In this document: piece by piece, positions 46,274 to 55,798 of the stretch | Layout of the letters: the number at the start of each line of letters is the position of its first letter | Numbering within the stretch: position 1 is the first letter of the stretch | Origin: Minisyncoccia bacterium | Lineage (GTDB): Bacteria; Patescibacteriota; Minisyncoccia; Phycocordibacterales; UBA9973 | Reading direction: 5' to 3' | Assembly: GCA_041737125.1 (NCBI GenBank) | Contig: JBGSSJ010000013.1 | Span: forward strand, 6,236-70,235 | Length of the DNA: 64,000 bases | Notes under the pieces: generated by a model | Seen by the model: the letters and a program-made list of their open reading frames with translations, nothing else | Told to the model about the DNA's origin: nothing | Database searches by the model: none | Translations under genes and position numbers: made by a program

Positions 46274-47569
46274 TTATAAAGGTAGGTTTGCAGGAGGTTT
46301 TGCAATTTTAGATTCAAGTCTCTTGAAGCTTGGAGTCTCAGACACCATACCTGGGAAGTGGAATATAGTCGCAAGCTCACGAGAAGACATGACGAATAAC
46401 TTAGGTGAACCTGATGGGAAAAAAGCACTTAATATCTTCGGATACTCAACTGAATACTGAAGTGGTGGATGGAACATTACTCTCATTCTATAAAAATCGA
46501 GGCATCGTTTCTTGAGCTTTGTAAGAGCAAGTCCTGTTGGGTCAGACCATGGTGCGTCGAACTGTGTAGAATTGATACGCCATAATTCATTTATATCTGG
46601 CTGAGCATACTGGCGCCATATCAAGCGTGAATTTCTACGAAGATTATTAAATTGCTCATCTGTGCAAAGTCTCTTATCTGATAGCGTGACTACTCTTATA
46701 CCACAATCAAAGTGAATTAAGCTCGCATTTTCAACCATTACTTTAACCTTACTTTTTAGTGGATCCGGCGTACGCATGTCCATACCGAATGGTTCACCTT
46801 TATCATTCTTCTGAATACGGGTATAAGGCATGAGCATCTTTTCAATAAATTCATACGTTGCTTCATAAAAGTTGATATGTTTACCTGTGTGATGACTATG
46901 ATACTCTTTTATATTTTGTCTAATAATTATTTGTATCCAGACCTGCTGACCACGAGGAAGTGAACCTAGGAATTCTATAACTGGTGTTATAGGGTCAATC
47001 TTATACTCTTCCTTCGTACCACTATCCATCTCCTCCATATCTCTATATGTACGAATAGGAAGGAAATCTTCTTTCTTTTTATTATAGTCACAACCCCATA
47101 CATTCCAATCCCCATTCTTCTTATACTGTGGTACGTGAAGAGTATAATCGTCCACTTCTACGACTTTGGCTTGTGGATACTGAGCATATATCTGAGTTTC
47201 TACAAGTTCGCGCATACGAGTGGGAGTACGGATGAAGAAATGCACTTTCCCATCAATTGATGCCATCTCAAGCGAGAACCAGAACCATGGTGCACCTTGT
47301 ATATACACTTCCCAGAAACCTTTAAGAGTTTTTTGATAAAGAGCATTTGAAAGTATGAGCTCCATAGCAGCCGGAGACTTGATAACATCACGTGGGACAT
47401 GGATTTCAAGCAGGGCCCACTTGATTCCTGCAATAAAGCGCTCTTGTCTGTAGTGATGCCACAAACGAAGTGCTGCAATTGATAGAGGAATAGGCATGAG
47501 GTAGCCAATAGCCACGAGTAGCATCTGTATTAAATTAAAATTATGAGTTGCAAAAAATTCTGAAAGCAT
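46274..47569 (-). CDS. hypothetical membrane-anchored protein (N-terminal TM + 390-aa domain of unknown function)
   Basis: 431 aa with no recognisable motif. Immediately upstream of mltG and co-oriented. Confidence 0.45.
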   Translation of the reverse strand: MLSEFFATHNFNLIQMLLVAIGYLMPIPLSIAALRLWHHYRQERFIAGIKWALLEIHVPRDVIKSPAAMELILSNALYQKTLKGFWEVYIQGAPWFWFSLEMASIDGKVHFFIRTPTRMRELVETQIYAQYPQAKVVEVDDYTLHVPQYKKNGDWNVWGCDYNKKKEDFLPIRTYRDMEEMDSGTKEEYKIDPITPVIEFLGSLPRGQQVWIQIIIRQNIKEYHSHHTGKHINFYEATYEFIEKMLMPYTRIQKNDKGEPFGMDMRTPDPLKSKVKVMVENASLIHFDCGIRVVTLSDKRLCTDEQFNNLRRNSRLIWRQYAQPDINELWRINSTQFDAPWSDPTGLALTKLKKRCLDFYRMRVMFHPPLQYSVEYPKILSAFFPSGSPKLFVMSSRELATIFHFPGMVSETPSFKRLESKIAKPPANLPL

Positions 47570-47583
47570 ACTATAAAATATAA

Positions 47584-47724
47584 TTATTCATAATAAGTGG
47601 TAGTGGTTGTTGTAGTGTTAGTGTTTTGTCTGGTATTAGAGAAAGTTAACATACCGATTACTATCGCTATGATCACAAGACCGACAATAATTAAAATTAT
47701 ATCTACAAATCCACGCTGATACAT
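47584..47724 (-). CDS. possible 46-aa single-TM peptide with poly-Thr tail
   Basis: Hand translation: MYQRGFVDIILIIVGLVIIAIVIGMLTFSNTRQNTNTTTTTTTYYE. Too short for the ORF track. Confidence 0.25.
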   Translation of the reverse strand: MYQRGFVDIILIIVGLVIIAIVIGMLTFSNTRQNTNTTTTTTTYYE

Positions 47725-47744
47725 AAAAATATTATATCATAATA

Positions 47745-47772
47745 AAAGAAATCCCCGTAGGGGGATTTCTTT
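47745..47772 (-). terminator. terminator downstream of the sigma-r4/HARE-HTH gene
   Basis: aaagaaatcccc-gta-gggggatttcttt, then a T-rich tract on the minus strand. Confidence 0.75.
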
Positions 47773-48802
47773 AGACTGCGCTATATAGACTGTTCTTGCC
47801 TTTCTTAAAATATTTTGAATTTTGGAGGTTTACTAAAATAGTATTTTTCTTCAAGTAGCGTTCCTTCATGACTTGCTCTACTATATCTTCCTTGCTCATA
47901 GGACCATTCTTCTTCAGTAATTCGCGGATAACATCTCGAACTACTCCAGACTTGTAACCCCATTCAGATAACGCGTATATTCCACGGCCGACAAGAACGA
48001 AACGATTATCTTTTATTAGTTCATTATGACAAGTCGCAGTGTGGCACTTCTTATCGAAAGTATTTACTATAGCTTTTGCTACTTCACGGAAATGCATAGG
48101 GGAACCATGCTTGCGCATCATAAGGAAAGCATAATCTTTTATCCCACGAGTTTTGATACTAGATGAAGTAGATTTACCCCACTCACCCAGCGGATTCCTA
48201 TTTATCTTCTTTGACATAGAGAGCCACCTCTTTGCTATCTCTTCATGTTTGTATTGTTCAGATAGAGCTTTGACTTCATCAAGGAAGCGAGCAATTAACT
48301 CACTCTCAGGCACTAACTCATCATCTGATAAATTCTCATACAAAGTCTTGAGTGACTTATGAACTTCTTCTGATATATCTCCATCTACACTCCATCGTGT
48401 TTTAAAGTGTTCATCTTCTTTGTGCTTGGTAAAATCGTCACCTAAAGTTAGATATAAGTGTATGTGGTTTTGAGTAAGCTTATCCTTAGATATATGGTTA
48501 AGTAATTCATGCTCAGAAACGACAGCTCCTAATGTATGCATTAACTTCTTGAGTTCTTCGAATACTGCCTTCTCATCTTTGAAAGTTTGTGATTTGCGTA
48601 TAAGACCAAGAGCTGCATTTTCAATCTGACGTACACGCTCACGTGTAATGCCATACTTTTTGCCGATAGCTTCTAGTGTTTTCATCTCTGCATCGTCTGT
48701 AAGACCGAAGCGATTTGTAACTACTTCGTAAGCTCTATCAGGTAGATGCGATAGCATGCGCTTTGTTACTTGTTTTGGTTTAAATGTTATAGGATTAGCC
48801 AT
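47771..48802 (-). CDS. protein with N-terminal sigma-70 region-4 HTH and C-terminal HARE-HTH-like domain (unknown function)
   Basis: LPDRAYEVVTNRFGLTDDAEMKTLEAIGKKYGITRERVRQIENAALGLIRK matches sigma70 region 4.2. C-terminal HFREVAKAI...RFVLVGRGIYALSEWGY resembles RNAP delta/HARE-HTH. Regions 2 and 3 are absent. Confidence 0.55.
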   Translation of the reverse strand: MANPITFKPKQVTKRMLSHLPDRAYEVVTNRFGLTDDAEMKTLEAIGKKYGITRERVRQIENAALGLIRKSQTFKDEKAVFEELKKLMHTLGAVVSEHELLNHISKDKLTQNHIHLYLTLGDDFTKHKEDEHFKTRWSVDGDISEEVHKSLKTLYENLSDDELVPESELIARFLDEVKALSEQYKHEEIAKRWLSMSKKINRNPLGEWGKSTSSSIKTRGIKDYAFLMMRKHGSPMHFREVAKAIVNTFDKKCHTATCHNELIKDNRFVLVGRGIYALSEWGYKSGVVRDVIRELLKKNGPMSKEDIVEQVMKERYLKKNTILVNLQNSKYFKKGKNSLYSAV

Positions 48803-48908
48803 TTGATTTGAAATTTCAATACTTTAATTATTTTAGTAATTTCATAATATCATTACTATCATATAAAGTCAACTATTTACTAATACCCTTACTTTATATA
48901 GATAAATA

Positions 48909-50726
48909 TTACTTATTCTTAGCACTTTTGTTCTTCGAACGCTCTTGCTCCGTGAGGAATTTCTTGCGTAAACGGACATTCTTTGGTGTAATTTCAAGGT
49001 ATTCATCGTCAGCCATTATCTCAAGTGCGCGCTCTATTGAAAGTTTATAAGAAGGCTTCACATTCACTGCTTCATCTGTACCAGATGAACGCATGTTGGA
49101 TAGCTGTTTCCCTTTTGTAGGATTCACTGACATCTCATCACCTTTGGTGACGTTACCCACAACCATACCCTCATATACTTCATCGCCGTGCTCTACATAT
49201 AGTATACCGCGCTCTTGAAGAGTCCAAAGAGAGAAGGCTACTACTTTACCAGCAACCATGGATGTCATAGATCCAACATCACGCTTCTTAATCTCTCCTG
49301 CATAATCTTTGAATCCTACGAAACGTGAAGCAAGTATTCCCTCGCCTTTCGTATCTACTACGAACTGTCCACGGTATCCTAGAAGTCCTCGAGTAGGAAG
49401 CTCTATCAATATGCGAGTAATTCCCTCTTTCTCATGCATAGAAGTTATAAGACCCCTACGAGCTGTAAGCTTTTCTATAACTACACCTGCGAACGCACTT
49501 GGTACATCAATAGTTGCTTCTTCGTATGGTTCGAGCTTTTGACCATTTTCTTCTTTAATAATTACGTGTGGTTGTGAGACTTGTAATTCATATCCTTCGC
49601 GACGCATGTTCTCAAGCAAGACTGCAATGTGTAATTCACCGCGTCCGTAAACCAAATACCCCTCTTGCATTTCTTCTTCATCGGTTCCATCAAAGTTTAT
49701 TTTAAGTCCTACGTTTATTTCTAGCTCCTTCTCTAGCCTTTCTCTTATCTGGCGAGATGTGACGTACTTACCTTCACGTCCAGCAAAAGGAGAATCGTTC
49801 ACCAAGAAGTTAAGTGATATAGTCGGCTCATCGATAGCGATAGATGGTAGTGCCTCTGTATCTGTCTGATCTACAATAGTCTCTCCTATAAATACATCTG
49901 GAATACCTGCGATAATTGCAATATCACCTGTGTGAAGTACAGAAACTTCTTTACGAGTAATACCTTCGAATGTGAACATCTTTGTGATTTTGGTATTACG
50001 AGAATTACCTTTGTCGTCTTTGACTATTATATTTGAGCCTGATTTTATAGATCCAGCATAAGCTCGAGCAATAGCGAGTCTACCTAGGAAGTTATCGTAA
50101 CCCAAGTTGAAAACTTGAGCTTGGAATGGATTCTCTTTATTTGTGGAAGCTTCTTTGACTTCTTGTAGTATTAGATCGAGTAATGGAGTCAGATCTTTTG
50201 ATTCATCTTCTAGGTGAAGCTTAGCTATACCTTGGCGGCCGATAGCATACATAGTCTTGAAATCAATTTGTTCATTCGTAGCACCGAGCTCAATAAATAA
50301 TTCCAGTATTTCATCGTGAACTCGAGCGGGATTAGCAGCCGGCTTGTCTATTTTATTTATTATAACTATTGGTTTAAGTCCAAGCTCAAGTGACTTCTTC
50401 AATACGAAGCGAGTCTGTGGCATCGGACCTTCTTGTGCATCTACAAGTAGAAGTACTGAGTCAATAGCACGAAGAACACGTTCAACTTCGGATCCGAAGT
50501 CAGCGTGGCCTGGTGTATCTACTATATTTATTTTAGTACCTTTGTAATTTACAGAAGTATTCTTGGAATATATAGTAATTCCGCGTTCAAGCTCAAGAGC
50601 ATTCGAATCCATAGTCGCCCCATCTTCGTTCATACCGCATTGCTTCATAAGCTCATCAGTAAGAGTAGTTTTACCATGGTCAACGTGAGCAATAATAGCG
50701 ATATTTCGTATTTCGGTTGGATTCAT
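48909..50726 (-). CDS. typA: translational GTPase TypA/BipA
   Basis: IRNIAIIAHVDHGKTTL, DTPGHADF and NKID motifs. 605 aa is the BipA size. Confidence 0.88.
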   Translation of the reverse strand: MNPTEIRNIAIIAHVDHGKTTLTDELMKQCGMNEDGATMDSNALELERGITIYSKNTSVNYKGTKINIVDTPGHADFGSEVERVLRAIDSVLLLVDAQEGPMPQTRFVLKKSLELGLKPIVIINKIDKPAANPARVHDEILELFIELGATNEQIDFKTMYAIGRQGIAKLHLEDESKDLTPLLDLILQEVKEASTNKENPFQAQVFNLGYDNFLGRLAIARAYAGSIKSGSNIIVKDDKGNSRNTKITKMFTFEGITRKEVSVLHTGDIAIIAGIPDVFIGETIVDQTDTEALPSIAIDEPTISLNFLVNDSPFAGREGKYVTSRQIRERLEKELEINVGLKINFDGTDEEEMQEGYLVYGRGELHIAVLLENMRREGYELQVSQPHVIIKEENGQKLEPYEEATIDVPSAFAGVVIEKLTARRGLITSMHEKEGITRILIELPTRGLLGYRGQFVVDTKGEGILASRFVGFKDYAGEIKKRDVGSMTSMVAGKVVAFSLWTLQERGILYVEHGDEVYEGMVVGNVTKGDEMSVNPTKGKQLSNMRSSGTDEAVNVKPSYKLSIERALEIMADDEYLEITPKNVRLRKKFLTEQERSKNKSAKNK

Positions 50727-50906
50727 AAAAAAAATATAAATGAGTTAAATTGAGTAAAAAATAAATCGCCTCCTGGCGAAATGTAATTAAAATATAGCAT
50801 ACATTTTATGAAATGTAAACTAAAACCTATATCCCCATATCCTACCTATTTACAATATAGTCTATATGTGTTAATTTTTAGTAAACAAAAAAACAAGGAG
50901 AAAATA

Positions 50907-51245
50907 ATGGAGAGTAATTTTTTTACCGAGGCAATAAAAAACGATTCTAACTCTGTGGTCCATGGATATGTTATTGATATTCTAAATAGCGATTTTTGTA
51001 AAAAAGAAATCGAATCTCTAACAATCTCTTATGATGAAACAAAAAGGTTTACAACCAAACTTAATGTTTATTCAGTAAAAAAGATCAAAGATGGAGTTTG
51101 CGTTGGATTAGTTAGTTTACCTAATGAAGATATTAGTGTAAAAATTTTTATTAGCACTAAAGATGGAAAAACTACTTTCGATGCCTACAGATTGGATGCC
51201 CCCATAGAAATCCAATCGAAAATAACTCAAGCTCATTCTCCTTAA
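50907..51245 (+). CDS. hypothetical protein
   Basis: The ATG at 50907 is preceded by AAGGAG. The ORF track's upstream start at 50808 lacks an RBS. Confidence 0.45.
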   Translation: MESNFFTEAIKNDSNSVVHGYVIDILNSDFCKKEIESLTISYDETKRFTTKLNVYSVKKIKDGVCVGLVSLPNEDISVKIFISTKDGKTTFDAYRLDAPIEIQSKITQAHSP

Positions 51246-51275
51246 GGAAACTTAGGGAAGAATGAGCTTTTTTAT

Positions 51276-52370
51276 TTACAACAGCTTTACTATATCGTTA
51301 TAAGTTATGACTACCATGAGAATCATAAGTAGAGAAAATCCTATGATGTTTGCAGTGTTAGCAACTTGAGGTTTGATGCGTGAGCCCTTTATCTTCTCTA
51401 TTAGTAGGAATAATAATCTTCCACCATCGAGTGCTGGGAATGGTATCAAATTTATCACAGCCAAATTTATAGATATAAGAGCAGTGAAGGAGAGAAGGTA
51501 TACGAATCCGAATTCTCGAGCATCACCTACTACGCCGACTATACCAATAGGTCCGGTTACTGCAGACATATCACCCTCTCCTCGAATACCCGAAGCTATG
51601 AGATTATAGAATCCTTCAACTGTTGCAACAACTAGATTCGAAGAGAGCTTCAATCCTTCCCATAGTGCTTTATGGATTGGCAACCTTAGTGTGCCTATTA
51701 TGTCCATACTTATACCAATCATCGGGCTGTTTGTTTCTTTATTTATTTCTGGCACTATTGTCACTTCTTGAGGCTCACTTTCACGAGTGAATGATACTTT
51801 TATCTCTTCTCCAGCATGCTGTCTGATGAAGTATTGAATACTCTCGGGTGATGGAGTCTCTGTAGTGTATGGACCTGTTTTTAATAATGAAATTCTATCC
51901 CCTGTCTTTAGGCCAGCACGCTCTGCGGGAGAATCCTTAACCACACTTGTGACTGTAAGAGCTTGGTTAGATAGAGTGGTGCCTTCTGGTACATTACCAG
52001 ATGAAGCAGGAAGTCCTGACATAAATCCCACAGAGAGTAGTACCCAAGCCACTAAGAAGTTCATAACAACACCAGCAACTAGTACTAGGGCCTGTATATA
52101 TTTCGGTTTGTTCACAAAGCTCCTCTTGCTATCAGGACCATTCATCGACTCTTCATCAGGATTCTCTCCGAAAATTTTCACATAACCACCAAAAGGAAGT
52201 AAATTGAAATTATAAGTAGTCTCCCCTACTTTCTTCCCGAAAAGTTTCGGTGGGAACCCGAAAGAAAATTCATCTACACGTATTCCACTCTTCTTGGCAA
52301 CAATAAAGTGCCCAAATTCATGGGACACGACAAGGACCAATAATATTATTATAAATATAATTATGTTCAT
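51276..52370 (-). CDS. rseP: site-2 protease RseP (M50 zinc metalloprotease with PDZ)
   Basis: HEFGHF zinc motif, PDZ domain, C-terminal LDGG motif. Confidence 0.88.
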   Translation of the reverse strand: MNIIIFIIILLVLVVSHEFGHFIVAKKSGIRVDEFSFGFPPKLFGKKVGETTYNFNLLPFGGYVKIFGENPDEESMNGPDSKRSFVNKPKYIQALVLVAGVVMNFLVAWVLLSVGFMSGLPASSGNVPEGTTLSNQALTVTSVVKDSPAERAGLKTGDRISLLKTGPYTTETPSPESIQYFIRQHAGEEIKVSFTRESEPQEVTIVPEINKETNSPMIGISMDIIGTLRLPIHKALWEGLKLSSNLVVATVEGFYNLIASGIRGEGDMSAVTGPIGIVGVVGDAREFGFVYLLSFTALISINLAVINLIPFPALDGGRLLFLLIEKIKGSRIKPQVANTANIIGFSLLMILMVVITYNDIVKLL

Positions 52371-52373
52371 ATA

Positions 52374-52928
52374 TTAATTCATCACCTCTATTTCTTTTTT
52401 AGCGAAAATAGCTTCTAGGTTACTGTTTGATTCATCGACAGCTTTCTGTATATCGTCTTTAGCTCTCTTCTCTTCATCTTCTGACATATCAGAGAGTATG
52501 TCCATTTCTTCTTGGCGAGCTTTACGGACACTTATACGTGCATCTTCGAGCTTCTCTTTCAAGATCTTAGCGAGCCTTGTTCTATTCTCTGTAGTAAGCA
52601 TTGGGAATATAACTCGAACACCATCACTATCAGATACTATAGAAAGCCCCAAGTTACTTGCCTGAATTGCGCTCTCTATATCCTTTATCTGATTTTTATC
52701 CCATGGAGCAATGCGAAGAGTCTTCGGATCTTCTATCGTAATACCTGCCACATTCTTGATAGGCATTCTACTACCGTAGCTCTCTACACTAATACTATCG
52801 AGCACCATCGGAGTCGCACGTCCAGTGTGGACTTGTGAGTACTCTTTAGATAACCAATCTTCTACTTTTTTTAATTCTTGTTTAAAATTATTTGTATTGT
52901 AACTCATATAAGTATAATTATAGCACAA
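52374..52928 (-). CDS. frr: ribosome recycling factor
   Basis: Alignable with RRF throughout (...HTGRATP..LD.I.VE.YG...). Confidence 0.88.
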   Translation of the reverse strand: MCYNYTYMSYNTNNFKQELKKVEDWLSKEYSQVHTGRATPMVLDSISVESYGSRMPIKNVAGITIEDPKTLRIAPWDKNQIKDIESAIQASNLGLSIVSDSDGVRVIFPMLTTENRTRLAKILKEKLEDARISVRKARQEEMDILSDMSEDEEKRAKDDIQKAVDESNSNLEAIFAKKEIEVMN

Positions 52929-53616
52929 GTGCTATATGTTCTAAAATCATTTTCACCGAAGCCCCCGGTAGCGACAGATAATCCCGGGCTTTCGCTATCT
53001 CCCCTAAAACAAATTTATTCTCCTCATTATTTACATCTTTTTTGAATTTATTATAAACCATACTTTCCAAACCGTTTACCAGATTTATGGCTTCATAACG
53101 TAGTCCTCCACTGCCTTCTGCATCTTTGTATTTCTCTATCATTTTTGCTACGAGCTCAATTCTGTCTTTAGCTTTATTCTTATAGAAAGTTTCTATATCT
53201 TTTTTTGATATTAAAGTACTTTCACTATCAAGCTTGACCACATGGGAACGCGAGACAATAGTGTCGAGCAAGAATTGAGAATTTGGTACAACTATAAAGA
53301 AGTGTGTATTCTCTTGAGGTTCCTCTAATATCTTGAGCAGAGTTTGCTCAGCATCATGATTAATAAACTTCGCTCCAATGATGCAAATATTTTTATACTC
53401 AGTATTATTCTTCCTACTGTGCCATTCTTTTATCATTCGGCCATCTTCAATATTGAAGCCGTCATAAATCTGACATAGTACTCCACTGTTTACAGATTCA
53501 ATGTCACCTCGCTCTATTAGAAAGTCCCGAATAAGGAAGACAGTATCGCTCGGATCAGCTTCTACTATATAACTATGATATAAATCTTTTGGGAATAAAT
53601 TAGCGAGTATGCTCAT
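52918..53616 (-). CDS. holB: DNA polymerase III delta' subunit-like (HolB), short
   Basis: AEQTLLKILEEPQENTHFF corresponds to the A.NALLKTLEEP box. No intact Walker A. Confidence 0.55.
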   Translation of the reverse strand: MSILANLFPKDLYHSYIVEADPSDTVFLIRDFLIERGDIESVNSGVLCQIYDGFNIEDGRMIKEWHSRKNNTEYKNICIIGAKFINHDAEQTLLKILEEPQENTHFFIVVPNSQFLLDTIVSRSHVVKLDSESTLISKKDIETFYKNKAKDRIELVAKMIEKYKDAEGSGGLRYEAINLVNGLESMVYNKFKKDVNNEENKFVLGEIAKARDYLSLPGASVKMILEHIALVL

Positions 53617-53620
53617 ATAC

Positions 53621-54694
53621 TTATTCTACTACGATTGGGAAAATATCTGAAAGTTCCCCAGAGTAATAGAATTCATAAGCAATATCACCGAACACATAGT
53701 CGACACCGTTTATAGTAATAGTCGAGCCTCCAGACTTTGGTTCATCTTTAGGTATTGAATAATAGAAGCCTAAGTTATAAAGAGTAGCGAGTACATCAGG
53801 TCGATTACCTATATGATATCCTGCTTTTTGCCATTGCTCTTGTACTTGCCTCATGAACAAACCCACATATAGATATGAATAATAAGGATTTTTTGTATCA
53901 GTAATGCGAGAGAGTCGCGCTTCGTCTGTCCCTACACCACCTACATAGTCAGCTACGTGCTCCATATCAGGCCCGAGATAGAAAGGTGAATTAGGATCTT
54001 TCAAATTATTCTCAATAGTTTGTACTGTTTTAGGCTTGAGTCCAGCAATACCGAAAGATGTATTCGAAAGTGAAGCGAGTATTTTTAGCGGCTCGAAGTA
54101 TCCTTTGAAAGACTCTCTCCTATTACTGAAGAATCTGAACTGCTCACCTATCACACCACCTAGAATTATGCGAGGCGGTATGCCAGCATCCTCTGCTGCC
54201 TTTTTTATAATTTCTTGGTCTCGACTAAAAACTTCCCTCATTAATCTCCATTCATCTGTATCCGCCCAGTGATATGCGGACATAGGTAAATCAATCATTT
54301 CTCCAGTCTTCGTATAACAACCATCAATCTCTTTCATATAATTCTTATCATCTTTGAATCGCACGGATGCAACCTTGATCATGTGTACTAGTACATCCTT
54401 GTTCGTACCGTTTGAAATAGACTTATATATATTAATAGCAGTAAGTGGCGCATATTTACCAAGGACGTTTACCTGGCAGTTTATAGTCAGGTCATTCGTA
54501 GCATTTGCTCTATTAGAAAGGAAGCCTTTTTTGGAATTAAAGAAATACGAATTACGCTCTGAAGCTGAGCCTTTCACATTGAGTAATCCCCACTTCATCG
54601 CAAAGTAAACACCAATGAAGATAACTCCAACGATAGCGAATAAGTAAAGAGCAATATTGTATATCTTTTTAAAATGCAACTTTGTTTTGAACAT
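53621..54694 (-). CDS. hypothetical membrane-anchored protein downstream of mreB
   Basis: 357 aa. N-terminal TM, no MreC-like features. Confidence 0.45.
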   Translation of the reverse strand: MFKTKLHFKKIYNIALYLFAIVGVIFIGVYFAMKWGLLNVKGSASERNSYFFNSKKGFLSNRANATNDLTINCQVNVLGKYAPLTAINIYKSISNGTNKDVLVHMIKVASVRFKDDKNYMKEIDGCYTKTGEMIDLPMSAYHWADTDEWRLMREVFSRDQEIIKKAAEDAGIPPRIILGGVIGEQFRFFSNRRESFKGYFEPLKILASLSNTSFGIAGLKPKTVQTIENNLKDPNSPFYLGPDMEHVADYVGGVGTDEARLSRITDTKNPYYSYLYVGLFMRQVQEQWQKAGYHIGNRPDVLATLYNLGFYYSIPKDEPKSGGSTITINGVDYVFGDIAYEFYYSGELSDIFPIVVE

Positions 54695-54696
54695 TT

Positions 54697-55734
54697 TTAT
54701 CTTTTAGTAAGAATAGTTTTCTTGTAAGTATCTAGGTGATGCAGTGCCTCGCCTGTGCCTTTGGCAACACATAATAGTGACTCATCTGCGACACGAGCTT
54801 TCACTCCTGTCTTCCGGTAAACTAAATCTGCTAAATTTCTTAGCTGACTTGAACCTCCTGTCATTATTATACCATCATCTATGATATCTGACGCAAGTTC
54901 TGGTGGAGTAAGAGAGAGTACATCTTTGATGGCACTTATCATTGTGCGCAATTCCTTGTCGATCGCGCGTACAACTTCATTCGTAGATATCTGTGCAGTG
55001 CGTGGGAGACCTTGGATAAAGTCGCGACCCTTTATAGTAATAGTAAGTTCTTCTTCAAGTGGTACAGCGGCGCCTATCTTTATCTTTATTGCTTCGGCTG
55101 TTTTGTCCCCGATAGCTAAGTTAAAAGTTTTCTTTATGTAGTCAGCTATAGCTTGGTCGATCTTATCACCGGCGCATTTCACTGAAGTTGAAGCGACTAT
55201 CCCACCAAGTGATATAACTGCTATGTCAGTCGTACCTCCACCTATGTCCATAATCATATGACCTTTCGATTCGTGTATAGGAATACCTGCGCCTATAGCT
55301 GCTAGTATTGGTTCCTTCACAACATAAGCATTCTTCGCTCCAGCGCGTACCGCTGCCTCTACTACTGCACGACGCTCAGTAGATGTAATACCTGCAGGCA
55401 CTGACACCATGACGTCGGGCTTGAATAAGTTGTATTTACCGAGAGCTTTACTTATGAAGTAGCGTAGCATAGCCTCAGTCACACGGTAGTCAGCTATAAC
55501 TCCGTCTTTCATCGGGCGATAGACAATAATACTCTCTGGAGTCTTTCCTATCATTTCTTTGGCTTCTATACCTATAGCCAGTATCGTATTGTCCTGCTCA
55601 GAAACAGCGACAACAGAAGGCTCGTTTAACACGATACCCTTACCTGGTAAGTATACAAGGGTATTTGCTGTCCCTAAATCTATGCCTAATTTTTTAGAAA
55701 ATAATCCCATATATGTATAAAATAGTATGGTCAT
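54697..55734 (-). CDS. mreB: rod-shape-determining protein MreB
   Basis: LGIDLGTANTLVY, DIGGGTTD, the actin fold, 345 aa. Confidence 0.92.
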   Translation of the reverse strand: MTILFYTYMGLFSKKLGIDLGTANTLVYLPGKGIVLNEPSVVAVSEQDNTILAIGIEAKEMIGKTPESIIVYRPMKDGVIADYRVTEAMLRYFISKALGKYNLFKPDVMVSVPAGITSTERRAVVEAAVRAGAKNAYVVKEPILAAIGAGIPIHESKGHMIMDIGGGTTDIAVISLGGIVASTSVKCAGDKIDQAIADYIKKTFNLAIGDKTAEAIKIKIGAAVPLEEELTITIKGRDFIQGLPRTAQISTNEVVRAIDKELRTMISAIKDVLSLTPPELASDIIDDGIIMTGGSSQLRNLADLVYRKTGVKARVADESLLCVAKGTGEALHHLDTYKKTILTKR

Positions 55735-55742
55735 TCTAACAT

Positions 55743-55773
55743 AAAACCATCAATTACTAAAATTGATGGTTTT
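55743..55773 (-). terminator. terminator between the coiled-coil gene and mreB
   Basis: aaaaccatcaatt-actaa-aattgatggtttt, a 13-bp perfect stem. Confidence 0.75.
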
Positions 55774-55798
55774 ATGTTTTGTAATGTTTAAAATATAA

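Noticed and set aside
50808-50906. ORF-track start at 50808 for the 145-aa ORF
   Set aside because: The ATG at 50907 has a strong AAGGAG Shine-Dalgarno sequence. The upstream extension (MKCKLKPISPYPTYLQYS...) is AT-rich leader with a -10-like TATAGT. The gene is called from 50907.
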